The translations under genes were made by a program, and so were the position numbers. Source: Somniosus microcephalus (lineage: Eukaryota). Taken from it: DNA of 64,000 nt. The stretch spans positions 58,652,001-58,716,000 of the forward strand of contig CM126218.1 in NCBI GenBank assembly GCA_052327205.1, read 5' to 3'. A model generated the notes under the pieces. It worked only from the letters and a program-made list of their open reading frames with translations. It searched no databases and was not told the DNA's origin. Below are positions 37,091 to 47,637 of this stretch, one piece after another. How positions within the stretch are numbered: position 1 is the first letter of the stretch; every line of letters begins with the position of its first letter.

Positions 37091-37785
37091 GGAGGGGAAA
37101 TTGGACCGTTCTCATTCTTGTTATCTCCACAGAAGCTGGAAGCTTAAGAGAGAGAGAAAAAAAAGAGACAGACAGCGACCCACATCTGGGACTGCCAGCA
37201 GAAATCTATCCACTCTGTCATTCACTCTAGCACTTGCACTCGTCAGTCCAGCTAGATTCACTTGAGGTAATACAGACACAGTCCAGATGAGGGGTTGACA
37301 CAGGGTGATAACTTAATCAACACAAAGAAGCGAGAGGATGAGATATTAGGTTATTAGGATGAGAGAGGTTGATGAAGCATGTTAATGGAAATACAGCTGT
37401 CTCAGCTTTCCTTAGCATCAGGGTGTTGTTCAAAATCCAGCACTCCCGCTAATGGGAGGGGCTTAAGTGGTAAATAACATTAACATGACTTGCTATGATA
37501 TAAATGATATTTGGCAACAATGTGAGATGAAAGTAATTCTGGGTCAAACCTATCACTGCAGGTTAAAGAAATGTAAACTATTGTTCTTGCAGGATGTATA
37601 CAGGCCGACGCAACAAAGCTGTGCTCGCAGTAAGGAGCCTTGCTCGCCGGCAGTGCACACCGTGAAATCATGGCCGTGCAAGTTCCACACATGCCCCCAC
37701 TGCTAGCACACATTTGTAAAATGGGCCTGTGTCTTTGTTTAAACACCTTCCATTACAGTGTACTCATCAATAACAGATTCCTCAC

Positions 37786-37963
37786 CCCTTTAAAGACTAG
37801 TGCTGTTCCAGATTTGATGATTTCCCCATTCAGGTTCCCCCTCTCCGCTCCAAGAACTTCAGGCCAAAGGTCAGGGTGCGGTTTTTCATTAAAGTCGTCT
37901 TTGAGAATTGACGGCAATGGAAGAATGGGCACACAGTTACGTCCTCCAAAGCCACTGTCACAC
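37786..37963 (-). CDS. RELN: Reelin coding exon (178 bp)
   Basis: [61 protein letters not shown] acceptor, GTGAG donor. Not in the ORF track. Confidence 0.95.
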
Positions 37964-38144
37964 CTGAAATTAAAAGGAAAGGCCGATCAGTAAATGTAGC
38001 GACATACAGAAAACACGTGGCACAGCAGGCAACTCAAAGTGACAACCTTGAAAAGGGTACAACAAATCAGTGCAGCGAATATGTGAAACAGCCAAATATC
38101 AATCAATATTTGTTGTACAATATGCGAGATTATTCAATTCAAGT

Positions 38145-38189
38145 ACTCCTTCTTGTTCTCTTCTTAGGCAGTCCCTCGGAACCGAGGAT
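38145..38189 (-). mobile_element. 3' tail of the RTE LINE, displaced by the Gypsy insertion
   Basis: CTTCTTAGGCAGTCCCTCGGAACCGAGGAT joins directly, through the AGGAT TSD, to GACTTGCTTCCAC at 47638, just past the RTE stop codon. Confidence 0.75.
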
Positions 38190-41100
38190 TGTAGTGTATG
38201 TAACCTGTACTACCTTAAGAGGATACCTTAAGGTGATGGACTACTTTTTAACGGCTCCTGTACATTGTAGTACCGATGGTGACCACACCGGTATATAAAC
38301 CCTGCGGAGCAAAGTGTACCTCAGTTCCGCCCTGACCCTCAATCACTAAAGACCTGTTTACTTACTTCTGTAGTCTGTGTCCTGTTATTCAGTATAACTG
38401 CACTTGTAAACACAGACTCAACAGTGCGACGAGTCTGATCGTACCTAGCGGCAGTTTTGCATCCAAGGAAGCTTCGTCCTCAGAAACGGGCGTCGAAAAA
38501 GGGCATCCGCCCTCAACATCCTGCTGAGCACTGCATCGCACGGGAGGCCATCGGGAACCCAGGTTGGTTTTCTGGCCACGAAGTCCAACATCAGCAATAG
38601 GCAGTGATCATCCCTTCTACGACAGCGGCGGGTAAGCCCGATCGAGCGGCACGGGGGGGAAGTCGGCCGAGTTGTCAGTGGGAGAAGGGGAGGGAAAACG
38701 AAGAAAAGGGTGGAGAACACGACCGCAGCCGGTGTCAGGGGCCGGACTGCAATCGGGGCAGAGACGCACAGCAGCCAGAAAAGCGTTTTATGGCCACAAG
38801 GACCGCGGGAGCGGCGGGGCAACAAGAGCAGCAGCGCAAGGAAAATAAAGGCAGGAAGGACCGCTGGGAGGCGTGGACGGCAGCAGTGCGGGAATCGCCA
38901 TCTTGAGTCGGCGGGGGAAGAAGATAAGCGCGGGAAAAGCCGCCAAGCGCGGGAAAAGCCGCCATCTTAAATAAAAAAAAATTTTTTAAAGTCATCATAT
39001 TAAATAATATCCGAAGGGAAAGGAGAAACCCAGCAAGGATGCCAAAAACGGGTAACATCACTGCTTTTGATAACGATGTGGAAGATTGGGCCACTTATGT
39101 GGAACGCATCGAAGTTTACTGTACAACGAATGATGTACCGGATGATAAGAAAGCACTAACCCTATTAAACTCGATGGGTGCGAAGACGTATGGGTTAAGG
39201 AACCTGGTAACCCCAGACAAATCGGTAGGGAAGAGTTTCGCAGATATTGTTACTATCCTGCAAGAGCATTTAAACCCCATGCCGCTGCTGATAGCGGAAC
39301 GATTTAAATTCTACAAAAGAATTCAACTTAAAGAAGAAAGCAACGCTGAATTCCTAACAAGTTATCAAAGTACTGCCAGTTCGGAACAGGACTAGCAGAC
39401 GCACTGAGAGATAGGTTTGTGTGTGGGCGCCTAAGGGAAGGAACCCAGAAGCGACTGCTAGAGGAAAAGGATCTTACGCTGGACAAAGCTTTCAGCATTG
39501 CAGCATCCCACGAGGCAGCAGCACGGGGCGCTGCAGAGATACAGCAAAGGCCACTGGAATTCAGCACCAATGAAATGGCATTGGACGCAGTAAAGTGCTA
39601 TAGTTGCGGAAGGACAACACATGACCAGAACCAGTGCTGGTTCAAAGACAAAGAATGCAGGCAATGTGGCAAACTTGGTCACATAGCGAGAGTATGCCGG
39701 TCAGGAAAGAAGACCAGCAGCAAAAAGTCACCGAAGGAGAAGTACAAAAAAGTACACAAGGTGACAGAGAACAGTTCGGATGAACAGAAGACGGATTCAG
39801 ACTCCAGCAGTAAGGAACTGGGTTGTCTGAAAATACATAATGTGGGTAACACAGCAGACCACCAAACTATCTGGGTCATGCTCCGGATAGCAGGAGTTCA
39901 AGTGAAGATGGAATTGGACACAGGGTCGGCATTAACGGTCATGAATAAGCAAGATTACAAAAGGTTATTCTCACACATTCCCCTGAGGGATACGGAGATT
40001 GTATTGAAAACATACACGGGGCAAATAGTATACACCAAAGGAAAGATAAAAGTAAATGTGGTCTACAATGATAAAGAAAGTCAGAAAATGGACTTGTATG
40101 TGTTACCTGATGGAGGTCCGCCACTACTGGGACGGGAATGGATCCGGAGAATAAATTTGGACTGGCATTCCATACAAGCACTGACTGTGGATGCCTGTAA
40201 GGAGGACGACGTCAAACCTAAACGACTGTCCAAAATCTTAGACGATGCTAAGGAGGTGTTCCAACAGGGACTTGGAACACTGAAAGGAATTACAGCAACC
40301 ATCAAGGTTGAAGAACATGCAAACCCAAAATTTTTCAAAGCGATACGACCTGCTGTGGAAGCAGAGCTGGAAGGGCTAGAACATTCAGGGGTACTGTCCA
40401 AGGTGGACTGGAGCGAATGGGCTACACCCATTGTTCCTGTCATGAAGCGTTCGTTGAGCAACAAGCCGGGGGAACCTGGGAAGGTTCGCATCTGTGGCGA
40501 TTTCAAGATCACTGTTAATCCAGTTCTTCACACGGTGCAATATCCGCTTCTGCGGATTGAAGATATCTTTGCTTCGCTGTCTGGCGGGAAGCACTTCACC
40601 AAGATAGACCTGGCGCAGGCGTACCTACAGATGGAAGTTGATGAAGCGTCACGACAGTATCTCACGATCAACACACATAAGGGCTTATATCGGTATAATA
40701 GGCTGGTTTTTGGAGTGGCATCGGCTCCAGCGATTTGGCAAAGGGCCATGGAGCAGGTATTGCAGGGAATCCCAGGCACACAATGCTACCTGGATGACAT
40801 CCTGATTACAGGAGATAACGATAATGATCACCTCGCGAATTTGGAGCAGGTGCTCATCAGATTGAAAGAATATGGGCTAAGAGCTAATCGCCAGAAATGC
40901 GAGTTCTTTCAAAAGCGATTCTTGTACTGCGGCCACGTCATTGACCAGGAGAGGCTCCATAAGTCACCTGACAAGATCGAAGCTGTTGTCAAAGCTCCAG
41001 CACCGGAAAATGTATCCCAGTTGAGGTCGTTCCTCAGGTTGGTTAACTATTACCACAAGTTTCTTCCAAATTTATCCACGGTGTTACACCCGCAAAACAC

Positions 41101-42754
41101 TCTTTTGCAAACGGGAATACCATGGAAGTGGAGCGATGATTGTAAGCGGGCTTTTCGAAAGAGCAAGGCACTGATCACCTCTAAGGAAGTGTTGGCTCAC
41201 TTTAACCCAACGCTGCCTATTCGCTTAGCTTGTGATGCTTCTCCATATGGTATCGGGGCAGTGCTCTCACATAAGTTTCCAGATGGCTCGGAAAGGCCAG
41301 TCGCTTTCGCATCCAGATCATTGACCTCCGCTGAGCGCAACTATGCTCAGATAGATAGGGAGGCTCTCAGCCTTGTGTGGGGAGTTAAGAAATTTAACCA
41401 TTACCTGCAAGGCCAAAAGTTTACGCTGCTGACAGATCACCAGCCGTTGGTTTCCATTTTCAACCCTAAGAAGGGTGTTCCGGTAATGATGGCGCAGAGG
41501 CTTCAGAGATGGTCCCTTTTCCTAGGGGCACATCAATATGATATTGAATTCAAAGGTACAAAGCAACATGGAAATGCTGATGGGCTGTCGCGCCTGCCAC
41601 TACCTACAGCGGAAGAGGCACCGGTAGTTGACCCTGTCGAGATATTTCACTCGACCATCATCGAATGCTTACCAGTCACCAATGCGGGTATTGAGAGAGG
41701 GACCCGAAATGACCCGACACTGTCTCGGGTCTACGACTTGACAGTGAAGGGATGGCCAGCACATGGCGAACCACTGTTACTAGCATTCTCAGCCAGATGA
41801 GAACAGCTGTCCGTATGTCAAGGAACATTGATGTATGGGTGATTATTCCTCCTAAATTAAGGGAGAGAGTTCTAAAAGAATTGCACGAAGGTCATCTGGG
41901 GGGAGTCAAGATGAAAAGCCTTGCTAGGGCTTATGTGTGGTGGCCAGGTATCGACAAACAAATAGAGGATCTGACTAAAAGCTGCTCAGGGTGCCAAAAA
42001 GTTCAGAACGCACCTCCAATTGCACCGCTGCATCTGTGGGAATGGCCTTCAGCCCCATGGCAACGTGTGCATATCGACTTTGCAGGTCCATTCATGGATT
42101 CCATGTTTTTGATAGCAGTAGACGCACATTCTAAATGGCCAGAAGTGATTAAGATGTCGACCACTACCTCTGAGAAGACGATTGCAGTTCTAAGAACCAT
42201 ATTTGCAAGGAATGGATTGCCGGAGCAAATATGTTCAGACAACGGACCACAGTTCGTGTCAGAAGAATTCCAGAAATTCATGAAAAAGAATGGGGTGAAA
42301 CACTATACATCTGCCCCATATCATCCGGCTACAAATGGGTTGGCTGAGAGAGTTGTACAGACGTTCAAAAAGGCGATAAAGGCCATGAGTGAAGATCATA
42401 TTCCACTACAACACAAGGTGGACAATTTCCTAATGGCGTATCGAAACGCCACGCATGCAGTGACAAATCAAAGCCCTGCCATAATGTTCTATAACAGAAG
42501 GTTGCGGTCCCGGTTGGATTTGTTAAAACCCAATGTGCGACGGGAAGTCGAAAACAAGCAATTCCAGCATGTAAATAAAAAGGCCACTCGTAGTTTTGAA
42601 ATAGGACAACCAGTGTTGGCCAGGGACTATAGGGATGATAAATGGCAACCTGGGACAATTCGTGCATGACAGGGACCCTTGATGTACACGGTAGACGTTG
42701 GAGAGAACGTAATACGACGTCATGCTGACCAACTTGTGGAATCGAGAACAAGGG

Positions 42755-45700
42755 TGATGCGCCATCAATTACTCAAAAGACTGAAGTTGAGCGAGTAACA
42801 ATCAGGCTTTTATTAACTAAAGAATGAAGGTCTAGTCTCGAGTGGTCGACCCGTCCAGAATACTAAGGGACTGGGAGGTAGTCACTTATATACCTGGAAT
42901 AGTGGGAGGAGTCAGCCGAGGCATGTCCAGACCTGTACCTAGTGGAATACACATACAGACACAGACAGGTATGACAGTGGTTTACCACATTCACCCCTTG
43001 TTTAGAAATGAGTCCGGCGGGGTGAAGTGTATTTAAAAGTTTGTGTATTGGAGTCTCTCCGGAGGTCTTGTCTGCCGCTGTGATCGACGTGGCGACGGCA
43101 GGGGTGGTGGAGCTTCCGGCGTCGCGTCCCGTGTAGGCTGGCGCCCTGGAGTGTAGTCCTCGTGGGTGACGGTCCAAGGCGAGCCGGCTGCTGGGGTTGG
43201 ATATCGGGTCGTGGGGGGGGGGTGGTAATGGGTAGTGGGTTACAGCGGTCCCCGAGGGTGCGAGGTCTCGTATGGAGACTGTGTCCTCCCGCCCGTCCGG
43301 GTACGCAATGTAAGCGTACTGGGGGTTGGCGTGGAGGAGGTCGACCCTCTCGACCAGGGGGTCCGTTTTATTGGCCCTCACGTGTCTTCTCAGTAGTACC
43401 GGCCCTGGGGACGTCAGCCATGGCGGTAACGATGTCCCCGATGTGGACTTCCTTGGGAAGACAAACATTTTCTCGTGAGGGGTGGCATTGGTGGCAGTGC
43501 AGAGAAGTGACCGAATCGAGTGGAGCGCATCGGGGAGCACCTCCTGCCAGCGGGAGGTCGGAAGGCCCCTAGACTTTAAGGCTAGTAGGGCAGCCTTCCA
43601 AACAGTTGCATTCTCTCTTTCCACCTGTCCGTTCCCCCGGGGGTTGTAACTGGTGGTCCTGCTTGTGGCTATACCCCTAGCGAGCAGGTACTGGCGGAGT
43701 TCGTCGCTCATAAACGATGAGCCCCGGTCGCTATGGATATAGCTGGGGAAACCGAACAGGGTGAAGAGGCTGTTCAGACATTTAATGACCGTGGCACTGG
43801 TCATGTCCGGGCAGGGGATAGCGAACGGGAACCGGGAGTACTCGTCAATGATGTTGAGGAAGTACACATTGCGGTCGGAGGAGGGGAGAGGCCCTTTAAA
43901 ATCGACGCTCAGGCGTTCGAAAGGGCGAGTGGCTTTTATCAGGTGGGCTCTGTCTGGTCTATAAAAGTGCGGTTTGCACTCAGCGCAGACTTGGCAGTTC
44001 TTGGTCATGGTCCTGACCTCCTCAATGGAGTAAGGCAGGTTGCGGGCCTTGATGAAGTGGAAGAACCTGGTGACCCCCGGGTGGCAGAGGTCATTGTGGA
44101 GGGCCCTCAGCCTATCGATCTGCGCGCTGGCGCAGGTGCCACGCGATAGGGCATCTGGGGGTTCATTGAGCTTCCCAGGCCGGTACAAGATCTCGTAATT
44201 GTAGGTGGAAAGTTCGATTCTCCACCTCAAGATCTTGTCATTTTTGATTTTGCCCCTCTGCTTGTTGTTGAACATAAAAGCAACTGAACGCTGGTCAGTG
44301 AGCAGGGTAAATCGTTTTCCGGCCAGGTAGTGCCTCCAATGACGCACAGCCTCCACGATAGCCTGGGCCTCCTTCTCGACCGCGGAGTGTCTGGTCTCCG
44401 GGCCCTGGAGGGTTCGTGAGAAGAATGCCACAGGTCTCCCCGCCTGATTAAGGGTGGCGGCCAGAGCGAAGTCGGACGCATCGCTTTCCACCTGGAAGGG
44501 GATGGATTCGTCCACTGCATGCATGGTGGCTTTGGCAATGTCTTCCTTGATACGGTGGAAGGCTAAGCGGGCCTCTGCCGTCACGGGAAAAGAGGTGGAC
44601 TTGATCAGCGGACGGGCTTTGTCTGCATAGTAGGGGACCCACTGAGCGTAGTAGGAAAAAAACCCTAGGCACCTCTTCAGAGCTTTTAGGCAGTGGGGCA
44701 GTGGGAGTTCCATAAGGGGACGCATCCGGTCCGGGTCGGGACCGATGACCCCGTGTTCTACAACACAGCCAAGGATGGCGAGGCGGTCTGTGCGGAATAT
44801 GCACTTCTCCTTGTTATATGTCAGGTTCAGGAGTTGGGCGGTGCGGAGGAATTTCTCGAGGTTTGCGTCATGGTCCTGCAAGTCATGGCCGCAGATGGTC
44901 ACATTATCTAGGTAAGGGAAAGTGGCCTGCAGCTCGTTTTGATCGACCATCCGGTCCATCTCCCTTTGGAAGACGGAGACCCCGTTGGTAACGCCGAAGG
45001 GAACCCTAAGGAAGTGATAGAGGCGGCCGTTTGCCTCAAAAGCAGTATACTGGCGGTCTTCAGGGCTGATGGGGAGCTGGTGGTACGCTGATTTCAGGTC
45101 AATGGTCGAAAAGACGCGGTACTGCGCGATCTGGTTGACCATGTCAGCTATGCGGGGGAGTGGGTAGGCGTCCAGCAGGGTGTAGCGGTTTATTGTTTGG
45201 CTGTAGTCGATGACCAGGCGTTGTTTCTCGCCGGTCTTAACGACCACAACCTGGGCTCGCCAGGGGCTGGAGCTGCCCTCAATAATCCCCTCCTTCAGGA
45301 GCCGTTCCACTTCGGTTTTGATGAAAACCCTGTCCCCGGCACTGTATCGCCTGCTCTTTGTGGCGATGGGCTTACAGTCGGGGGTGAGGTTAGCAAACAG
45401 TGGGGGGGGTGGGACTCTGAGTGTGGAGAGGTTGCATCTAGTGCGCGGCGGGCAATTTGGAGGCTGCTGGCTGCGGACTGTGAGTGGGGGGAGGGGGCCA
45501 CCGTACGCCATCGTAACGCTTTTGAGGTGGCACTGGAAATCCAACCCCAGTAGAACGGCAGCGCAGAGGTCGGGCAGGACCAGGAGTTTAAAATTATTGA
45601 ACACAGTCCCGTCTACTACTAGTGTCACCACGCAGTAGCCGCCAATGTCCGCTGACTGGGACTCGGAGGCCATAGAAATCCGCTGGTGCGCAGGCAGGAC

Positions 45701-47120
45701 TGGGAGAGAGCAACGCCGCACCGTGTCGGGGTGGATGAAGCTCTCTGTGCTCCCGGAGTCAAAAAGGCAGTTTATTGCATGGCCGTTTACCTTAACGTCC
45801 ATTTTGGACCGAGCTAGCTGGTGCGGTCTCGTTTGGTCCAGCGTCACAGAGGCCAGCGTAGGGGTCGGTGTGTCGCTGCGAGTATCAGATGGGGGGGGGT
45901 TGGCGGTCTGCTGCGTCCCGGCTGGTGTCCAAGATGGCGGCGCCCATGATTCCCATGTGGCTGGAGTCGTCCAAGATGGCTGCTGCTGCGGTGGTTCGCA
46001 CATGGCTGGGGAGGCCCAAGATGGCGGCTCGCGCGGCCCACACGCGGCGCTGCTGGCGTTCGGGGTGGCTTTGGCCTTGCAGACGCTGGCGTAGTGTCCC
46101 TTTTTCCTGCAGCCCGAGCAGGTTGCATTCTTCGCCGGGCAGCGCGCTCTGGGGTGTTTGGCCTGGCCACAGAAGTAGCATTTCTGGCCTTGGGATACTG
46201 CTGTCTGGCTTTGGGACACTGCTGCGGTAGTTGGGCCGTTGTTGGGCTGTGGCTGGGGTGGCACGGTGCTATGGGGCTGTCCTACCGTGTCCCAGGTTGT
46301 CGTTCCCCGCGGCGTCCACGGTGCAGAGGAGTAGGCATCCATGCCCCGGAAGGCTGCGTCCAGCGTTAGTGCGATGTTGGAGGCTTTGTCGAGGGTGAGG
46401 TCACTCTGCTCCAGCAGTCGCTGTCGGGTGTAGTTGGACCTGTGGCCCGCTACGAAGGCATCCCGGATCAGTTCCTCCGTGTACTTAGTGGGCGTTACCG
46501 CCTTACACCCACAGGCCCGGCCAAGCACGGACAGTGCTTGGAGGTATTCCTCAGTCGATTCCCCAGGTTGTTGCTTGCGACTCCCCAGAAGGTGCCTAGC
46601 GTATACTTCGTTCACAGGGCGCGTGTACTGGGTCTTGAGGAGCTGGAGGGCGGCTGTGTACGAGGTCGCGTCCCGGATGACTGAGTACACTCGGTGGTTC
46701 ACCTTGGAGAACAGGACAGACAGTTTGTCCGCATCCGTTTCGACCGCAGTGGAGGCAGTCAGGAATGTCTCGAAGCACGTGAGCCAGTGAGCAAACTTGG
46801 TGGAAGCGTCCGCTTCCCGACTGTCCAGGTCCAGGCATGCTGGTGTGAGGATCTTCTCCATTATAAAAAATTTAGTTAATAAAATTGATGCGCCATCAAT
46901 TACTCAAAAGACTGAAGTTGAGCGAGTAACAATCAGGCTTTTATTAACTAAAGAATGAAGGTCTAGTCTCGAGTGGTCGACCCGTCCAGAATACTAAGGG
47001 ACTGGGAGGTAGTCACTTATATACCTGGAATAGTGGGAGGAGTCAGCCGAGGCATGTCCAGACCTGTACCTAGTGGAATACACATACAGACACAGACAGG
47101 TATGACAGTGGTTTACCACA
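42755..47120 (-). mobile_element. Full-length, very young Gypsy LTR retrotransposon (family B)
   Basis: 235-bp LTRs at 42755-42989 and 46886-47120, identical by eye. TSD AAGGG at 42750-42754 and 47121-47125. PPT AAACAAGGGGTGAA on the minus strand. Confidence 0.97.
42863..46861 (-). CDS. Single gag-pol polyprotein (Gag, zinc knuckles, PR, RT, RNase H, IN)
   Basis: 1332-aa open ORF with CYFCGQAKHPRARC, FDSGS, YLDN, SDASD, TDQ, HHCC and D-D-E (VDF, SDRG, VER). Confidence 0.95.
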   Translation of the reverse strand: MEKILTPACLDLDSREADASTKFAHWLTCFETFLTASTAVETDADKLSVLFSKVNHRVYSVIRDATSYTAALQLLKTQYTRPVNEVYARHLLGSRKQQPGESTEEYLQALSVLGRACGCKAVTPTKYTEELIRDAFVAGHRSNYTRQRLLEQSDLTLDKASNIALTLDAAFRGMDAYSSAPWTPRGTTTWDTVGQPHSTVPPQPQPNNGPTTAAVSQSQTAVSQGQKCYFCGQAKHPRARCPAKNATCSGCRKKGHYASVCKAKATPNASSAACGPREPPSWASPAMCEPPQQQPSWTTPATWESWAPPSWTPAGTQQTANPPPSDTRSDTPTPTLASVTLDQTRPHQLARSKMDVKVNGHAINCLFDSGSTESFIHPDTVRRCSLPVLPAHQRISMASESQSADIGGYCVVTLVVDGTVFNNFKLLVLPDLCAAVLLGLDFQCHLKSVTMAYGGPLPPLTVRSQQPPNCPPRTRCNLSTLRVPPPPLFANLTPDCKPIATKSRRYSAGDRVFIKTEVERLLKEGIIEGSSSPWRAQVVVVKTGEKQRLVIDYSQTINRYTLLDAYPLPRIADMVNQIAQYRVFSTIDLKSAYHQLPISPEDRQYTAFEANGRLYHFLRVPFGVTNGVSVFQREMDRMVDQNELQATFPYLDNVTICGHDLQDHDANLEKFLRTAQLLNLTYNKEKCIFRTDRLAILGCVVEHGVIGPDPDRMRPLMELPLPHCLKALKRCLGFFSYYAQWVPYYADKARPLIKSTSFPVTAEARLAFHRIKEDIAKATMHAVDESIPFQVESDASDFALAATLNQAGRPVAFFSRTLQGPETRHSAVEKEAQAIVEAVRHWRHYLAGKRFTLLTDQRSVAFMFNNKQRGKIKNDKILRWRIELSTYNYEILYRPGKLNEPPDALSRGTCASAQIDRLRALHNDLCHPGVTRFFHFIKARNLPYSIEEVRTMTKNCQVCAECKPHFYRPDRAHLIKATRPFERLSVDFKGPLPSSDRNVYFLNIIDEYSRFPFAIPCPDMTSATVIKCLNSLFTLFGFPSYIHSDRGSSFMSDELRQYLLARGIATSRTTSYNPRGNGQVERENATVWKAALLALKSRGLPTSRWQEVLPDALHSIRSLLCTATNATPHEKMFVFPRKSTSGTSLPPWLTSPGPVLLRRHVRANKTDPLVERVDLLHANPQYAYIAYPDGREDTVSIRDLAPSGTAVTHYPLPPPPHDPISNPSSRLALDRHPRGLHSRAPAYTGRDAGSSTTPAVATSITAADKTSGETPIHKLLNTLHPAGLISKQGVNVVNHCHTCLCLYVYSTRYRSGHASADSSHYSRYISDYLPVP

Positions 47121-47637
47121 AAGGGTCGACCCCATGTCTACGGCAGAGACACCAGTTGAAGAACTTATTGAGCCTGTAGCATCTACCTCAGACTCGAACG
47201 TATTGGATGATGTTGAATCCATAGGAGATCAAGTGGATGAGTCACCCCAGCAACGGGAACCAGAGATCCCTGAAAGGCGTTATCCAGGCCTCCTCAGAGA
47301 CTGAATCTTTGAACAGTTCTTGTGTGTAAATTGTATATATGTTATCCATGTAGTGTATTAATTGGGGGTGTCCACTGTTAAGCTAAAAGGGGAGGAATTG
47401 TAGTGTATGTAACCTGTACTACCTTAAGAGGATACCTTAAGGTGATGGACTACTTTTTAACGGCTCCTGTACATTGTAGTACCGATGGTGACCACACCGG
47501 TATATAAACCCTGCGGAGCAAAGTGTACCTCAGTTCCGCCCTGACCCTCGATCACTAAAGACCGGTTTACTTACTTCTGCAGTCTGTGTCCTGTTATTCA
47601 GTATAACTGCACTTGTAAACACAGACTCAACAAGGAT

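Larger units (their letters stand above)
38190..47632 (+). mobile_element. Full-length Ty3/Gypsy LTR retrotransposon (family A, Mag/SURL-like), defective, carrying a nested element
   Basis: 234-bp LTRs at 38190-38423 and 47399-47632 (3 mismatches seen). TSD AGGAT. PBS-like GTGCGACGAG at 38424-38433 and PPT at 47385-47397. Gag from 39039 with two zinc knuckles, PR (LDTGS), RT (YLDD), RNase H and IN (HIDF, SDNG, AER), broken by frameshifts and stops. Confidence 0.96.

Noticed and set aside
38424-38433. Self-priming in Gypsy family A
   Set aside because: GTGCGACGAG resembles the usual TGGCGACGAG tRNA-type PBS, and I found no complement within the LTR.
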